Positions 38,843-52,819 of a DNA stretch of 64,000 bases are shown here, piece after piece. How positions within the stretch are numbered: position 1 is the stretch's first letter; each line of letters begins with the position of its first letter. A program made the translations under genes and the position numbers. Under the pieces are notes generated by a model, which did no database searches, was not told where the DNA came from, and was given only the letters and a program-made list of their open reading frames with translations. The DNA is from Antedon mediterranea (taxonomy: Eukaryota > Animalia > Echinodermata): the NCBI RefSeq assembly GCF_964355755.1, contig NC_092679.1, positions 11,019,432 to 11,083,431 of the forward strand. The letters run 5' to 3'.

Positions 38843-39567
38843 TGTATAACTTTTCTTTCAAACTATTTTTCTGTAATAAAAAATGTTAAAAATGTAAGAT
38901 CCGACAACAGCAAAGACATACTGTACTTTTTTCAAAACCAAGCACAAAAGGAAGATAAGGCTAGAGGGGGTTAAGGCTTGGTTGAGTTGGTTCCTGAAAG
39001 AAGGGCACTTTAACCGAGGATACCAATCTGTTTTTTGATTGGCAAGTGTGGAGAGGCAGTGAAGTGTGTATTAAAGTACACCAGTTTCGTTACCACTACG
39101 ACGATTTATCGTAAGTGGAAAGGAAACCGATCGAGTAGATTGTTATGCGAAAATGACGTGTCTGACGGTAGTATCTCGGCCGTAAGATTGTTGAACAGGA
39201 AAACGCTAACGTATAATACGTTTGTTACAACTATTACCCTGCATTTACAGGAAACCGACGATCTTGTACATTTTGGATGTTTACGCCGCGATTGTTACAA
39301 CACTTCTGAAAGTTGGATTGAAGTCAACTTTGCATTATACGTAAGAACCAGTCAATCACTGTCCTCTACTGTGAATATATAATGGCATTGAGAGAAATAG
39401 TTGAATATTCACCTGATTCGTTTTTTTTTAAAGGTACAGGTATTTAGAACTATTGTTAGCTATTTTTAAAGTATATATATTTACACAATAAATGTTATTT
39501 TCAATTTAATACAATCATATAAGAGGAAAAATACTTCAGCTACAAGTCTACGCACCCACCCTGCTGT

Positions 39568-39749
39568 GGGTGATGGTCAACCCATAGTCATGCCAACGCA
39601 TACCCAACTTGGCTATCTCGCACCTAAATAATTTGTTAACTCGTACCCACTTTGGCTAACCCGTACCCAAACCAACGTGTAACCATTCAAACTCGTACCT
39701 AATTATTTGGCTACGAGTTGGCATGGGTACGGGTTGACCTGCAAGTATT
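39568..39749. mobile_element. Small MITE with 9-bp TSD (Mutator-like)
   Basis: ccctgctgt on both flanks; ggtcaaccc / gggttgacc inverted ends; internal aactcgtacc repeats. Confidence 0.65.
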
Positions 39750-40079
39750 CCCTGCTGTTATTACAGTGAACCATGATGATGGAATGATTGTGCTTGCTAG
39801 AGCTCATCATAAACAATATTCAAAATTTTGTTTGAAATATTCCTGCAAAATACACCTCAGATGACATCATCATTGTTGTGATGGCCCAGTGGGTTTTCTT
39901 AACTTTTCGTAACAGTAGTCTTAACAACTGGGTTTCAGTAAAAAATTCAACTTATCGTACACAACTTTAAGCCTGTTATATCGCTCTTTACTTTGCGAAC
40001 CGACACGGTCCAAACAGTCACTTCTGACGTTTTTTGGGGTTTGGGCCAACTTTGCGTAACAGTTATGCATTAATTAATT

Positions 40080-40470
40080 AAACCAGGTTTACAAACAATG
40101 TGTATGATTTTTAAAAGATTGCGTGTGTACAGGTTGTTTGGTCTAATTGCTGTTATGGAACTAGTTTCATGTTTTTCAGTGTTTATTTTTTCGCCCCAAT
40201 TGCTCTGGATGTGCCTAGCCGTACCCGCCAGCACAAGCCATGCTGTTTTAGCTGCGAGATACATGAGCAAGGAGCTGCACGAACTACGTAATAAATACAT
40301 GTGTTGTGAGGCAGCCATTGCTGAAATTCTGTACGAGTTGTCAAGACAAAACCCTTCGTTTTATTTATATAGGAAAAAGAATCGGAAGAGAGGGAAAAGA
40401 GGTGGTATTAAACAACGTTTACGCCGTAGATTAAATAGACTTCCATTGCCCTCAATTCTTCTAACAAGTA
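40080..40470 (+). mobile_element. 5' fragment of a LINE (Rex1/Babar/L2-like leader)
   Basis: RKRGKRGGIKQRLRRRLNRLPLPSILLT is the characteristic basic leader preceding the APE domain. Truncated. Confidence 0.6.
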
Positions 40471-41321
40471 TAACCTTATTTCTTGTGTGTTCACTGTGAT
40501 CGTACTTCAAAATCGAATAAGTCTAAAGGCGGTGGAATATGTTGTTACATAAGGCGCCTTCGGTAAATTATTTCAAACGACAAGAACGCGTTCAGGCACG
40601 TTTGCTATTGTATTACGACAAAGGTCATAAAGACGCGTTTGGCAAGACGATTTGGGGGAACCCCGTTTGGATGCGTTTATTCACGTTTGGCATGTTGCTC
40701 CGCCCCATTGAACGCTTGACTGAGCAGCATTATTGTGTGTTATTTGGTACGATTCCTTCATTGAGTATTAAATTTCCAGATAATGGCATATTGTTCTTTA
40801 CACGCCCGCCGTTTGTCAAGACGTACTTTACATAAAAATTACTTTTTAAAGCTTGGTACTAGGGCCTAGTCTCTAGGGGAGGCCTAGGCCTACTAATTAT
40901 TTCAAAAACACATTTATTTTTCAAAATTGTAAAGGTTTTGAAACTTGAAGACCAATCAAATAAAATAAATATACCTGTTTCCCGTGTTTCAATTCACAAA
41001 TCACTTTATTTGTTTGTATAATCCACATGTTTATGCCAAGTTTACAACGTGTATTTACAACACGGGCGCAGACATTTTGTATTGATTGTACCATGGAGTT
41101 ATACTCTCCTTGCCTAATTACGGAAAAATATACAACAATGCGTACAATATCGATACCAACGCGATTCCTTGTCTGTGGGGATTCCCTCGATGATACGGCC
41201 CCGCACAGCCCACATTGCACTGTAATAAATAATGCGGCCTACACTATGATTTAATCCTACCTTGGGTTAGCGAATTATAAAAAACAACACCTAGGCTAGG
41301 ACACCAACAAAATATATGCAA

Positions 41322-43842
41322 CCCCATAAAAAATAAATGCGGGATCCCGCCGGGATGTCACGGGATCCCGCCGGGATCGGGATCGGGAAAAGATCGCAAA
41401 TTCGGGATATCACGGGATCCTGGTGGGAATCGGCCATCCTGTCGGGATCGGGAAAAAATCGCAAAATCGGGACATCACGGGATCCCGGTGAGAATCGGCC
41501 ATCCCACTGGGATCGGGAAAAGATCGCAAATTCGTGATATCACGGGATCCCGGTGATAAACGGCCATCCCGTCGGGATCGGAAAGATATCGCAAATTCGG
41601 GAGGGCGGGATTCGGTCATTTGGTTTGTGGCTCCCATCGGTCAACCAGGATTTTTTTGTTCGGGATCCCGCCGCTACGACGGGATAAGGATAGACGGGAT
41701 TTGGTGTCCCTATCATCAGCTAAGCATGAATTCATTTAGCGATATCATGGCGGGATTTGTTTAATGATTCCATCGATTAGTGGGATTTGTCCTTGTAATC
41801 GAGAGTTGAGACCATCTATTTAGCATTGAGACGGGAATAGAACTTCTCTACTCTTCCACAAACTTAATATTTAGCGAAACATTGGTGCGTCTTAATTTCG
41901 AAATCGCCGGTGTATTCATTTCATTAGGTAATACAGTAATTCGTAACAGACGGTAAGTTATTATTTTATTATATAGGTTGTTTTTGATTTGAATTGAGTT
42001 ATTTTTTGTTTTAAATACATGTACCACAATGATCAAACCAGCCGTGCATCCCTTTTTACAATATAGTATTAATTCTAAAGACAGTTTACTTTATGTACCA
42101 CACCTTTTGCTGCGCTGCCACGACTACTTTGATCGTTATAGTTAATCACATTATTATATCATTATTTAACACCTCATCTTCAGTAATACCATGGAGTCCT
42201 AACTTATTTCTCCATGGTAATACTAACAACGAGTTGATTTCTTATCGTATTATCATCACATTGCACGTGACATTTACGCATCTCGTTCCCGCCTTGATTT
42301 AAATTTGTAACCAGACCACAGCAATTCTAGGCCGGTCGGCTACTAGCAGCGACGTACAACGCATTCAAACCGTAGGTGTTTTTGATAAATTTGTAGATTT
42401 ATTCGTTGTGATTAATATTTATTAATTACACCTTATTGTTATACCCTATATAGTATCATAGTAGCTCCTTTAGTTGAAATATATATAGACCTAGAAGCTC
42501 ATATTTGTGTTGCATTGCAAGTCAAAAAGGTACAGCAGCCTGCCTTGCCAGACTCCCCCTCCCCTTCCTCATCCGCTAGCCTACCACATCCTCCCCCTTG
42601 CGTATCCTACGTAGGCCTAGGCTCTTTCCGCCTATTTGATACTATAGGTCTTTGATACTAAGCTTTACTAGGCATAGGCCTATATATTATTATTATTTTG
42701 GTCTCTCCAGACACAATGTGAAAACTATTTTGTGCATAGGCCTATATTTATTAAAATGTTTATCATACACCACCATACTCAATAATATAATTATGAATAT
42801 TGCTTTGTGTAAAAAAGGACTTGAACTCGGACTACTATGATATGAGTGTAAACATGCATCTGAAAAGTACTACTAGGCTAGTAGTAGGCCTAGGCCTATG
42901 ACTATCTCTAGGCTTGGCCTAATTTTGAATTGGAAATATTATCGATGATGTTATGGCTGTTTCGATCCTTACAGTTAGGGAGGTGGCTATTGATTGGATC
43001 TCCTGCATAAAACGTATATTGCACTCATCAGCTGAAAACCAATGGCTTAATACCCTCAACAAGTTAATAAAACTCAACTTGGTCATAAAAACAATGGAAA
43101 GCTATTCAATAATATACAAAAAAAACTCAAAAGTGTTGTTTTAACTCGTTATTAAATCATAAACAACATATCGTAAAAGATGGATCAACACTGATAATAA
43201 TGCCGGATGAGTATTGCAGAGGGTTTTGGAAATCTCATATGTTTTGGTTATATTGTATTACTATGATATATTATCCTACATCGGCAGATCGGTTGTTCAA
43301 TCATTTACGATATTAATACAAATAATTAGTTAGAATAATTAATGAACATTGTTAGTAAAACAAAAAACATGCTTAATACAACAGACCTACTCAAAATATT
43401 ACAGACTTTATTCTGAAATAAAAGAAGGAAACAGTAAATATTACAAACACATCAAACGACCAAAATGTTGCCAATTCTACCGATAACAATCAACAACAAC
43501 AGTGAATCAGTTAAAATCTTTATTTTAGTTTAAGATTTAAGCACACAATTATCGTAATGAAATTTGTATATAATATAAAAATGCATTTTTATTGTTTTAA
43601 CAGATTTCATTTAATTTCTAGACGTCTGTCCTTCTTGGAGTAAGAGTTTGGTAGAATCAGTATTTCAGAACGGGAGTACCGACCAGGATTTTATATTTAC
43701 AAGTCTAAATTTGGCGGGATGGCACTTAAATCCCAATAAAAAACATCTCGATATTTTGGCGAAATTTTAATCGGGATAATGCGCAAAAACGAACGATACC
43801 GACGGGATCCCGGCCGGGATCCCGACGATTTTTTTTATAGGG
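41322..43842. mobile_element. Non-autonomous EnSpm/CMC-like element
   Basis: TIR ccccataaaaaa...cgggatcccg / cgggatcccgacgattttttttataggg with a 2-bp AA TSD. ~60-bp tandem GGGATC-rich subterminal repeats at 41340-41600. Confidence 0.75.
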
Positions 43843-44703
43843 AAGATAAATATATATTCCATGTTAAGATTTAAGATACAGTATGCCTTTTAAATTATTA
43901 AAGAAAATGCCCGACTCGAATTTGGATGGACAGTTCAGAGCAGCTAAGAGAGTATTATATTACGTTTCATGTCATGTGACACAAAATTCAGGTACCGTAC
44001 ACGTAATTAGCCACCCCTGGTACTGAGTTAAAAAAACATGAGAGGTTGCGGTAAACAGAGAGTATCGGGTTTCATGCCATGTGACACAAAAAAAACCTAG
44101 GTCTGTATTAATTACGGTCTTTTGTCGGCAGTCTTTTTGAGCGACCTACTGAACGTTCTGATACTATATTTAAAATATTGTTGACGATCTTTTTTTGTCC
44201 TGGATCGACTGGACGTTCGCTATATTATTTTTATTAGTTAGCCTAGTTCATTTTGTTGGATCGTGTCTCTACGTTTGTTTACATCGTGGGAAATTTATAT
44301 TCGATTATATAAACGATTATGAATAAAAAATATTATATATTTCTTATTAATTTACAACTTGGTCCTCCGCCAGTCAAAATTAACACATTAATTTTCACAC
44401 CTTGTTACTTCACTAAGAACATCGTAGGGTTGTTTATTAAGGTTACGAACTCTCTTGGAAGGACTTCGTTCTTGTGGTAAGCTCAGTTGAAAACATCCAG
44501 AGGTCAATTACTATACTTTACTGTAACTAAAAACATGTTGTTGTTGTTGGTGTTGATGCTGATCCGATAGTCGTTAAGTTGTACTGATTACGAGTATCAT
44601 TGGTCCTGGCCGGCCTAGCCTGGTGATCTGATCCCCCCCAAAAAATACTTTTTTTAATCAGTATTAATATTATTATTTTATTTTTCATTTATTATTTGAT
44701 TTA

Positions 44704-45553
44704 CCGTATATTTCGGTGTATAAGTCGCACCTGTGTATAAGACGCACCCCCAACTGAGAGTAAAATATCTGTATTTTTTATATCGTCGATGTATAAGACG
44801 CACCTTATATTTCATCAAAACAATGTTTTTTTAAATTGTAATCAATAGTATTGTAATAATATATTTTGTTATATCTACAACGGCGTCCTTTATTTAGGTT
44901 TTTTCTTACCTAGGCTCGGCCGCGCCCAGCCTCAACAAGTTCTTTCTAACTTGTTATTCATGAGTTTCGCCGCAACATCAAGTGCATGACCGTGTGTGTA
45001 ACACGCACGTGTGTGGGCTAGCCTCGCTCGATCATTTCGTGAGGGCGCACGTTTTCACGGACAAATCGTATTCGATTAGTATCTATGTATCCGAGAAGTG
45101 TGTACGCTAGGTCCATGCTATAATCACCTGGAGAATATACTAGTCGAATACCGTACACCATGTGGCCACCAAAAGAAGGGCTTGCGCTTGGGGTACGGCG
45201 ATCGTGCGTATAACTACTGTATAAATAAATACTATTCCAATCGTACGTAAACGTTTACAAATGAAATTTTATCGGAGCGCCATAATGAACAAATCTTTTC
45301 ATCATATTTAGTATAACATCATGCTAAAATGACTTGAAAACTAGACACAAGCAGGTTGCCGTTACGTTAGTTAGTTAGTTACTGTAGCTAGGCCTAGCCT
45401 ACTCAGGCCTAGAAAACGAGGTGACGATAGCCTAGGCCTAGGCCTATGTACAATCTGTGTGGTGAGGCATTTAGTTCGGTGTATAAGACGCACCCTTAAT
45501 TTAGAGGTCAAATTTGCGTGTCAAAAGTGCGACTTATACACCGAAATATACGG
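44704..45553. mobile_element. Tc1/mariner (pogo/Tigger-like) MITE
   Basis: Perfect TIR ccgtatatttcggtgtataagtcgcac, TA TSD, and repeated tataagacgcacc. Confidence 0.9.
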
Positions 45554-45669
45554 TATTAGGCTCAATAGATACCTAGCTAGGCTACTAGTAGGCCTAGATT
45601 ATATAAATAATAATAGCAAATACTGTAATATTAATTAATAAAATACAGCTTCCATTTGACATTAACATT

Positions 45670-48600
45670 TTTTAGGTTATATGCATTATCATGCATATAA
45701 CCTCTTGATTCTGTCAAAATCTTTATTTATTTATTTATTCTTTCCTTAGCACTATTTTGTCCGTGAATTATCTTGGCATCAGTTTAATCTAGCTAAGTCA
45801 AGCTTTCAGAGTATATTCCTCATGGCCAGGAATCGATGTGGTTATATTTTCACGATGCGTAATCAAAAATTACGCGGTCTACGCGCGATTTTACGAAATC
45901 ACGTTTGTAATCATATCTTCACAAGCATGAATCACAATTAAACAAAATTTGGTACTCATAAATTTCAGGTCATATTTCATCATATGGCAATACAATTACG
46001 TGCGTAGCGCATATAACGCTTGCGTACGCGCGCTTAAAATGTTCAAAATTGTCAAAATTAATTTTCGATGAAATTAGAGTACGTTTCAGGCAATTTTAAG
46101 CGTTTAAAAAATTGCCATGAGTGCGCAGATTTTTTCACGCGCACGGCGCGTTAAACATTAATGCGCACTCTTTTTGCCCGATTTCTGTTTTACAATCTTT
46201 CTTTAATAATATCATCATATTTGATTCACGTTTCAACTCGAAATTGCGTTATACGAGCACGTCGAAAGTGACTGGCTACGCACGTACTGTAGTTAACAAA
46301 ATGGTGAAAATATGCTAAATTTTAAAATTAATATATATCGTCAGAATGCAGGGGAACACCTATTTTTTATTTCATTTTCTTGAAGTGTATGTATCATAAG
46401 TATGATTTATTATCAAATTAACATTAACTTTCTTCCTTCCAAATTTCATATATTAAAGTTAAAAGTATATAGTTTGACAGTGCATTATTTGTTTACATTT
46501 TAAAGATGTCATCATGTAGTAAAAAATTATAATTCATTGCGGTATGTAATAATCTATTTGCACCAAACTGGTTACTGCATAGTAAATACACGGAGGAATT
46601 TTTCTACAACTTTTAGTCAGTGGTGTATGGCTCGATGGTCTGTGCTCGTGTCTATGGCATTCAAGGTACCGAGATCGAGTCTCACCTTGGGAAACGAAAT
46701 AAGATTTTGTTTTTTTAATATCCGTATTGTTTGTTCAAATTTATTTCTTAGTGTATAGATTATACACATGATTTATAATGAAATCTAGATAAAAATTAAC
46801 TTATGTCTTTATTATTATGTAACAACAAATGAGGCGCTCCAGCTCAAAGCGGCGCTGTGTCGCAATAGACCAACCTATGTAATAACTATCACAAAGTTCA
46901 ATTTCAGCGAATTTGAAAAAATTTTCAATTTTATTTTTTTTACATAATATGAATTATTGATATGTGTTTTACCTACCCACGAAGTCTTATCATGAACCAA
47001 TAAATATAAATGTGTTAAATTCCGTAATCTTTGAAGTGTGTTTCTTTTAAAATATCTGAAAACAAAAATGTAAAGTGCCCGAACGACAATAAAATACTCC
47101 ATTTTTCGCTAGAAGTATCATCGGCTTTCTCCTTCGCAAACTCCGCCATGTTTGGTATCGGCAGAAAGCTTAGATTTTATTCTATCTAACCCCGCCCTTG
47201 ATTCGTTGGAAAAATATTATTCTAACCAATTAAACATCGTCTTATTGCCGTCTTGTTGTTGCTATCTTGCCCAAACAAATCTGCAAAAACTACGTTGCTG
47301 ATTGGTCAATTTTCATTACATCATTACTGAGCATGCGCATTTACTATGTTTACGCTTCGATCTGGCTACCGCGCCTGCGCGAAGTAGATCGAACAACACA
47401 TGTTCCAGGGAAATTCTCACGAAAACATACTTTATTCATCTAGCGAGCGATAACTATTATTTATATTACTGATTTTTCGCAATACGTTCGTAATGTCTCG
47501 GAAGGACCCGCCTAAGGAAATTCTAGATACGTTAAATGGTGCCAATGATTTTGGTTTTATTTTAATAATGAGGATGCTGAAGTAATCTTAACCAACTCAT
47601 GATGACCAACTAGTCTAGCTAGGGCCTAGGCCTAGCTAGTAGGCCTCCTAGCCTAGGTCTAGGCCTAGGCCTAGTACTTTTTGCTGACGATGACGAAGTG
47701 GAGAATGGCCATCCTAGGCCCGTTCTCCAGAGGGTAGACGTCCTTAGATGTAATGAAATGCCTCTGTAAGTACATTTTATTTTTTCTTGTATGTAAACTA
47801 AAATCCGTCTTGTCACATTAAATGTTAAATATCACTATGAATGAAGAAATGATATAACTTAAACTTTATATTATTAATATTACTAGGCCTATGGTCTACT
47901 AGCCTATACTAATTCAATAAATTAGTTGAGGTAAAATAAAGTCAACTTAGGCCTAGGCTTAGGCTAATTAAAAATGTCAATAAGCAAATTTGATTTTTAC
48001 AAATACATTTATGCTTGTTTGTTAAATTAAACTGACTGTATTTGTTTTTCTTTAGTTGTGACAAAACTGCAGATTGGTGTAACATTCAAAATGATGAAGA
48101 ACTGCAGAGAATCCGATCATTCAAACGCTGCAGATGTGGTAACGGACCCGACAAAAACGTTTGCCTAAAACAATTTGAGGAAGAATTTATGTATGGTGTA
48201 TTACAAGGAGTATATTGATACGCCAGAACAAAGCCTACAGTTGCTCAAGAATGAAAACAACATACCTCTACTTATTTTACCAGAACCCATTCCATACCAT
48301 CATACCTCTATGACTCGGTACGAGAGTTTTGTAAATTTGAGGCAAGGGATATTGTGTGTCCCGCTCCAAGCGAGTAGAGGTCCTGTCGCTATATGTTGTT
48401 GTAGAGTTAAAAATCCTGTTTAGCAATTTATTTATTTGCAATAAAATTAATATTGATTTTAAGTGACAGTTGCGGCAATTTTAACTGGTCAAATATTTTA
48501 TTTTTTATTTGTTTTGTATTTATATTTTAATGTGCAATCTATTCACTTTTCTATTAAATGAAATTTTTTGACAATCATCTCATACTGGTTTAACTTTTTT

Positions 48601-49366
48601 AACAGGGCAATAACTTTAATAGCAATTTATTAATATACTTTTATTTATACTTTTATTTTATACTTTCATTTAATACAGTAATTAAAAAATGGGTATATAA
48701 ATTTTCTCAGTGTCATGCTTTGTCGACTTTCATTTTGTTGGCATTCAGTTGAGAAAATACTGGTTTTGAAAATGATAATGTTGAAATAAATTAATGATTT
48801 TAACAACTAATGTTCTTTATTGTATTGTTATTGTGTGTGAAAAATTTCTTTAGAATCAGACAATGGGAACTTTACTGTTGCTATGGTGTTTTGACTGTCC
48901 TTTTCCAAAACCAGCACAGTTTACGCTCTGTTGATTTCAAAGTCATTTTCCTCTAAAACCTGGATTTCCTTTTAGTGAAAGTGCTGTTTAGTTTTTGGCT
49001 TATAACTTTGGATAGGTTCAACTAAATTTAATGTATGATATATCATTGTTAATGTAAAGCTTAATATGTAAAGAATATGAATTTATAAAAAGATAGGAAT
49101 TAAAAAAACTGATCTGGATGCTGATTTTGAGCTGGAGCACCTCAAATGTGGTTTATGACATTATACGCATATGGATCTTTGATCGGATTGTGATACCGGC
49201 TATGGTGGTCGCGTTAGCAAGGCCAGGTCACGCCCTATCATATATTATAAATAATTAAAGATTCTGAGAAAATCAATCAATCAATATATCTTTTAAAAAT
49301 CAATTATCTTTATTTAAATCAATGCATATAACCTATAATTCGTCATAGTGACGAATTAAATCTAGT
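45670..49366 (+). mobile_element. Helentron-like non-autonomous element (contains nested Sola2)
   Basis: 5' aggttatatgcat after a T-run. The 3' end has the inverted atgcatataacct, then the hairpin aattcgtca-tag-tgacgaatt, then CTAG-T. Confidence 0.65.
46831..49143 (+). mobile_element. Internally deleted Sola2-like DNA transposon
   Basis: TIR gaggcgctccagctcaaa / tttgagctggagcacctc with a 4-bp AAAT TSD. Residual coding CRCGNGPDKNVCLKQF (~48130) and YLYDSVREFCKFEARDIVCPAP (~48300-48368). Confidence 0.75.
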
Positions 49367-49890
49367 TTTAAATAATATTTATTTTCAGGAACCGTTGATG
49401 ATGCAGAGTTCTTTGTCTTTGTGACTTCAAACTGAGAGTGAAGTGGATAAAAAGACATTGTCATACCCAAACTATAATTTAATTATTTAAAACAAAATGT
49501 TGAATTACAAATATATGTATGTTGCAGAGGATTTAGATGAATTACAATACAAATATTTATGTTGAATGCAAACCTACTACACTATACTCTGTAAATTATG
49601 TTATGTTATGCATATAACCTATAATTCGTCATAGTGACGAATTAAATCTAGTTTTAAATAATATTTATTTTCAGGAACCGTTGATGATGCAGAGTTCTTT
49701 GTCTTTGTGACTTCAAACTGAGAGTGAAGTGGATAAAAAGACATTGTCATACCCAAACTATAATTTAATTATTTAAAACAAAATGTTGAATTACAAATAT
49801 ATGTATGTTGCAGAGGATTTAGATGAATTACAATACAAATATTTATGTTGAATGCAAACCTACTACACTATACTCTGTAAATTATGTTAT
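49322..49890. repeat. 286-bp tandem duplication
   Basis: Near-identical units starting at 49322 and 49608. Confidence 0.9.
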
Positions 49891-52819
49891 TGTCATGTGG
49901 TAGACCTTAAAAATTGAATATTTATTGTATGTTAGGCCTATTTTATATTTTATTAATACTGTATTAGTTTAATATTACTATTAATTTATATTATACAGTA
50001 CTAGTTTGTACATGTTTTTACCCAAAAAAAATGAATAAATAATTTGTTATTCAATCTAATTGCTTGTTTGTTCATCAATAACAAAACAATTGTAAGCAAG
50101 TATATAACAGTTCTTGTTAGCCGCTTATTTCAGGTCATATTATTAATATTAGCTAGGCCCGACGCGCTCGATCACAACGTCACTAAGTGACTTTCCGCCC
50201 CTGGAACAATCGCTCGCTAATAGGGCTAGGCCTCGGACTCGTATAAAAGCTATTATAATAGTTATGATAAATATTCCTCAACTAAAATGTATACTGTGAT
50301 AAATAAACAAGTAATAATATACGTTGTATTGGAATGTATTTATTTATATGAATTCTTATACGTGGACAATTATAAACATCGCGTATATCGTTCGCTATAA
50401 ATAAATTCATAAACACGATGACGATGTGTTTACAAAATGGCGGTTTCGCTACTGTAGTTTTCGATGGAACAAATAGTGGTACCTTTAGTCGGAGCTGCAT
50501 CCCAACCGCCGAATTTTGTATCTTAATATCGTATTCTGTAGATTATTAATTTTTCTAACAGGGATTTTAAATTCAGGACTGTTCAATTTTTCTAAATATT
50601 TTATTTTAACGATTTTCTAGGGTACAATTTCGGAAAAAAGACATTGGTTGATTTTGCCGTTAAATTACAGATTATCGTTTTGTTCAAATACATTTAATTT
50701 TACATGACAATATATTAAAACCATTTATGAATTTATTTCACTAACAATATTTTTCCGATAATCAGCTAAATTTACAAATATTGTGTTTTTCCAACACCCT
50801 AAAATTTAGCAATTTTGAACTAAATTAGAAAAGTAGGGCGCCCTCTCCGAGTCGAAATTTGACACGATTTGTCGACTGGCTGTCCCACTGATATAAAGTT
50901 GTTTACGGGAATTCGGGCAAATTCATTGCTCTAACTTTGTGTAGTAACGATCAGAGAGATTCATGGTACATGCGCGAGAGAAAACATTCCGCTGCGGGTG
51001 ATTCGCATCCACCAATCAAATCAGCTACAATCCAAAATCATTCAACCGTGAGCAATGCCAATCGCGAGAAAGCTCAGCTTTGATTGGCTTACGATGACAA
51101 AATGGTGGTTTTGTAGTTGAGCCTCACGGAATATTCTGTTCCAAAAATGAAATACATGGATATTTTTTATGGTATGTGTGCTTTTTCTTTAAAAAGTTTG
51201 AATAATAAAGGCCTCATATCGAGAAAAAAACGTGTTTTTGGCACTTATAATAAATATATTTTAGACAAAAAAGCACATGGCATGTGGAACTATATACGGA
51301 CACGAAATCAGGGGGGGCTCGGGCCCCCCCCCCCCACTGGATACACCACTGCTCACAACATAATATTACTGTATGTAACATGTTTATACGATTTCTTTTT
51401 AAATAACAATAGTTTTTAAAACATTTTAAACGATACTGAACTCGGTGTCAAACAACACACTGCGAAATGTTCGCCATCTTATATTTAACAATTAATTGCC
51501 AGAATGTATGCTTCATTTTGCCCAAAAATATTAGAAACTATAGAGGGTAGGGTTATAAAATCCGATTAAACATGTATTTACTTTTGAAATAGAAATGTTT
51601 TCAGCTGGCGTAATAGAGGTTAATATTTCATTATTATTATTCATATTAATAGGGCCTATCAAAGAAAATTATCTCGGTCACTAACCAATACATTCAATAA
51701 AACATAAACAAATCATTTTCTATTTTTTAATACAGTGAGATAACAATATTTGCTATGATGATGACGATATGTTTTACATATTGAAATTGAAATATGGTTT
51801 ATGATTTTTAAAACTGTGAATTGTTTAACAAAAATTAAAATGTTATATCGTCGCCCTTTTGATATGTACAGCAGGTTCTTTATAAAACCACACTGCAGTT
51901 TAAAAATAAAAACAAAAAATAAACATACATTGATTTATGGAAATTTTCTGATTCTAAAATGGCCACAGTTCGAGCGAAGTATTTGTGGAAAAGGAGCTGT
52001 TTTGAAAGGCATTTTTTATTGTGATAAATGTAATTTAACCGTGGCTAAATCATGGGCACATGTTACATAAAAATGGCCCAAAATTGTATGATGTGGGTGT
52101 GAGAAATAATTTAGGCGAGAAATCGAAGATATAACAGTGTGGTGCGAAACTGCAGTAGCGCCGGCCTAGCTAGGGTAGGCCTACCTACTAGTTAGGCCCC
52201 TAGGCCTAGTAGTACTAGCTAGGAGGCCCTCCTAGTACTAGTATAGCCTAGCCTAGTAGTAGTAGTAGAGAGAGAGGAGGCGGCCTACATTTATTTTATA
52301 GGCCTAATACCATTACCAGTTTCATTACATTTTTAGATGCAAATCATAATAACCGATACTATAAAGAAAAAAACTACTAACCTAAAAGCATAATATAACA
52401 TGTAAAAACACTGCAGATACGAAAAGAGCACAGCTAGGCTAGCCTTGGCCTACCTCCTTTTTACGTACGTATGTTCTCCACACATACCATGCAAATATAG
52501 GAAAGTTAAGGCAAACTATAGAGGGCGTCGAAATATCTAGCGCGTAAAATCAAAGAACAAGAATCTCTCCTGTTGTGCATGTTAATAAGTTCTTTGGTAA
52601 AATCAAAAGTTTACACAGACGATGTTTTTCGCGATAAACTGAAAGTTTGAAAGCCAATTATTATATTCTCAGTTACAAGTACACTGTCACTAGGCCTAAG
52701 TAAATTTGCACATTTTAGTGTGTTTTACGACCATGCATGTAAGTAAATTCTATCAGGTGCCGTTTTCGGCCACCTCCACTGGACTAGGCCTACTAGCTAG
52801 GCCTACAATGTATACCATA

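Noticed and set aside
38970-40080. Possible TTAA-flanked MITE
   Set aside because: The terminal inverted repeats could not be matched convincingly.
41337-41764. Overlapping Arg/Asp/Pro-rich ORFs
   Set aside because: They are translations of GGGATCCC subterminal repeats.
43950-44490. Possible promoter/first exon (twin tcatgtgac-like motifs, donor gtaagc at ~44478)
   Set aside because: No linked downstream coding exons can be established from the sequence alone.
46600-46700. tRNA-like segment
   Set aside because: Degenerate, with no convincing cloverleaf; at most a SINE-like relic inside a repeat.
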